Source of the DNA: Eledone cirrhosa
Lineage: Eukaryota
DNA: 64,000 nucleotides
Assembly (NCBI GenBank): GCA_964016885.1
Contig: OZ024744.1
Location: forward strand, 54,064,001 to 54,128,000
Direction: 5' to 3'
In this document: piece by piece, positions 61,861-64,000 of the stretch
How positions within the stretch are numbered: position 1 is the stretch's first letter
How the letters are laid out: every line of letters begins with the position of its first letter
Translations under genes and position numbers: made by a program
Notes under the pieces: generated by a model
What the model saw: the letters and a program-made list of their open reading frames with translations, nothing else
What the model was told of the DNA's origin: nothing
Database searches by the model: none

Positions 61861-64000
61861 ATGACCTCACTTAGAATAGGCAGCATAAATGCGCGTGGCT
61901 TGGGGTCGTCATGGAAGCAGGGCCACCTGCTCAACGACCTCAGGTCACTAAACATAGATGTAGTGGCCATCAGCGAGACCAGAATCTCCGAAGCACAGGC
62001 TTTCGCACCGATCTTCGGCGGCTACGATGTGTACGCATCTCCCAGCCGTCCGGGATCGGGGGGAGGAGTTGCTGTGCTTTTTCGGAGAGGTTTGGATCTT
62101 GCCATACGGGCCATCTTCCTGGACCCAGAAGGTAAGTTGGTGGTGCTGGACGTGACCAGCGGAGACGGGCAAGCTTTCAGGTTAGTGGCCGTCTATGCCC
62201 CGACAGGAGCAGGGCGGCCTGATTTCTTCCGGCGTCTGGAGACCTTTCTTGGAACGTCCCGCTCTTTAGTGTTAGTGGGCGACTGGAACGGGATCTTAGA
62301 TGCACGCTGGGATTGTGTGGGATTAGTGGATAGGGAAGGAGGGTGCAAGAGTCTCACCAACCTGCTCAGACGTTTTGAACTGTCTGACAGGTACCGAATC
62401 GATTTCCCGAATGTACCAATGTGGACTTGGACAAATCGCATAGGGTCATCCAGATCATATCTAGATAGAGTATTTTGTAGGGAAATAGATAGGTCTAGCA
62501 TAGGCTGTCCACAATTCAAGATAGTCAGCTACACGGACCACAAATTCGTGATCTGTGTGCTTGACTTAGATAGGCTTCATAGACGAGGACCCGGCTACTG
62601 GAAGCTAAACGCGTCCTTACCAGCGCGCAAGGCCTACAGAGACCGGATTAGCGAACTAGTTAAGCGGGCGTTGACGGGGGCCATCGTCAACAACAAGTGG
62701 TGGTTTGCTCTGAAAAGAACAATTAGAATAGAGTCCATTAGGTTTAGTAAGACTTTAGCAATAGAGAAAAATAGAGCAGAGGGAGAATTAGTTAGAAAAT
62801 TAGATGAGGCGCTTAGCAAAGGCATCGCGACCGACGTACTTGCGGCGAAATTGGCCCTTGACCAATTCTTCAATGCAAAGCACGAAGGCTGCGTTGTCAG
62901 AGCTAGGGTGCGTGCTCTCAGACACGAGGGGACGAAAGCCGTTCAATGGGCCCGAGTGGCGGAGGCGCGTCGTGGCAACAAAGCCACGATCCGGTCTTTG
63001 GTGGACCACGACGGGCGCATGCTACTCGATCCCGGGCAAATGTGTGAAGCTTTTCAGCGACACTTCGCTCAACTGTTCGGGGGCAGTGGCGGGCCGGATC
63101 GAAGGATGGACTTTAGTGTCTACCTCGACGGACTGCCGCGGCTTTCGGCCACTGAGGCGGAGTGTTGCGAAAAGCCGATAACAACCGCTGAAGTACGGGA
63201 TGCAATGACTAGTTGCACAAGGGGTAAATCGCCTGGTTTGGATGGTCTGCCCTATGAACTTTACGTACAAATGCCAAACTTGTTCGGAGGCCTCTTGGCG
63301 GACGTCTACTGCAACTGGCAACAGAACGGGAGAATTCCCAGCTCTGTGAGCCGAGGAGCGGTGGCGCTGCTGAGAAAGGATCCGAACAAGGGGGATAACA
63401 TAGATAATTTTAGGCCCATAACTCTGCTAAACACAGAGTTCAAGATTTTGGCCAAGGTGCTAGCAAAGAGGTTGGCGCTTGTCGTTGGTGGTCTGGTGGG
63501 AGAGGCACAGACATGCGCCATTCCCGACAGATCCATCCACGACAACCTCCACCTCATGCGATACATCGTAGAGAGGGTAGCTAGGGAACCTGGCACGGGT
63601 GGGTCTTTGATCAATTTAGATCAGTTGAAAGCCTTCGATAGGGTCGACCATCGTTACCTAGCGGCAGTCCTGAGGGCGGCTGGCTTTGGGCCCGTCTTCA
63701 GAGGCTGGATCGCTGCCATGCACAGCGACATCTGCTCTGTAGTGAGAGTGAACGGTCACCTTTCGGAACCGTTCAACATCATGCGCTCGGTCCGCCAAGG
63801 ATGTCCCCTCTCGTCCCTATTGTACGTATTGACTCTCGAGCCATTACTGCACAAACTGGAGACGTTGAGGGGGGTCCCGCGCGAACTAGGATGCGGAAGA
63901 TCCGTGTCAGCATATGCCGACGATGTCACCGTAGTGGTGTCGAACGCCAAACACATCGAGGCGATCGGCACTACACTAAGAGAATACGAAGCGGTGACAG
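61861..64000 (+). CDS. Tx1 ORF2p (APE endonuclease plus RT), 3'-partial
   Basis: MTSLRIGSINARGL, GPGYWKLN (62581), DGLPYELY (63241), KAFDRVDH and AYADD (63910) are all in one frame. Absent from the ORF track, presumably because no stop falls in the window. Confidence 0.9.
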   Translation, partial: MTSLRIGSINARGLGSSWKQGHLLNDLRSLNIDVVAISETRISEAQAFAPIFGGYDVYASPSRPGSGGGVAVLFRRGLDLAIRAIFLDPEGKLVVLDVTSGDGQAFRLVAVYAPTGAGRPDFFRRLETFLGTSRSLVLVGDWNGILDARWDCVGLVDREGGCKSLTNLLRRFELSDRYRIDFPNVPMWTWTNRIGSSRSYLDRVFCREIDRSSIGCPQFKIVSYTDHKFVICVLDLDRLHRRGPGYWKLNASLPARKAYRDRISELVKRALTGAIVNNKWWFALKRTIRIESIRFSKTLAIEKNRAEGELVRKLDEALSKGIATDVLAAKLALDQFFNAKHEGCVVRARVRALRHEGTKAVQWARVAEARRGNKATIRSLVDHDGRMLLDPGQMCEAFQRHFAQLFGGSGGPDRRMDFSVYLDGLPRLSATEAECCEKPITTAEVRDAMTSCTRGKSPGLDGLPYELYVQMPNLFGGLLADVYCNWQQNGRIPSSVSRGAVALLRKDPNKGDNIDNFRPITLLNTEFKILAKVLAKRLALVVGGLVGEAQTCAIPDRSIHDNLHLMRYIVERVAREPGTGGSLINLDQLKAFDRVDHRYLAAVLRAAGFGPVFRGWIAAMHSDICSVVRVNGHLSEPFNIMRSVRQGCPLSSLLYVLTLEPLLHKLETLRGVPRELGCGRSVSAYADDVTVVVSNAKHIEAIGTTLREYEAVT

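Larger units (their letters stand above)
59611..64000 (+). mobile_element. Apparently intact Tx1-type element, 5' end starting directly after (ATT)12, cut by the window edge
   Basis: About 205-nt 5' UTR, intact ORF1 and open ORF2. Confidence 0.92.

Overview
Repeat-saturated, AT-rich animal genomic DNA. The microsatellite density and SINE families suggest an octopus or other coleoid cephalopod, but that is inference. No convincing host gene is present. The window is a nest of retroelements: five Tx1-type (L1-clade, APE+RT) copies, one apparently intact and running off the right edge; six R4/Dong-like RT+REL copies or fragments; RTE-type LINE remnants; CRE-type 3' fragments; two Penelope-like elements; tRNA-derived SINEs; non-autonomous Helitrons; and hAT and mariner fossils. 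The most interesting signals are: (1) two small non-coding elements, each with a type I hammerhead ribozyme, one with inverted termini (9242-9607) and one a 466-nt unit with a 34-nt terminal redundancy and a fold-back 5' arm (42775-43350), i.e. retrozyme/pLTR-like; (2) LINE families sitting in specific microsatellites, (GATA)n, (ATT)n or (CATA)n, with Tx1 and Dong sharing (ATT)n in opposite orientations; (3) a perfect AG|GTAAGT splice donor on the ORF1 stop of three diverged Tx1 copies, whose use could fuse ORF1 in frame to ORF2; (4) a covarying pseudoknot at the start of the Dong ORF; (5) an unexplained ~400-nt densely base-paired segment at 31261-31665. All structures were read by eye and boundaries of decayed elements are approximate.
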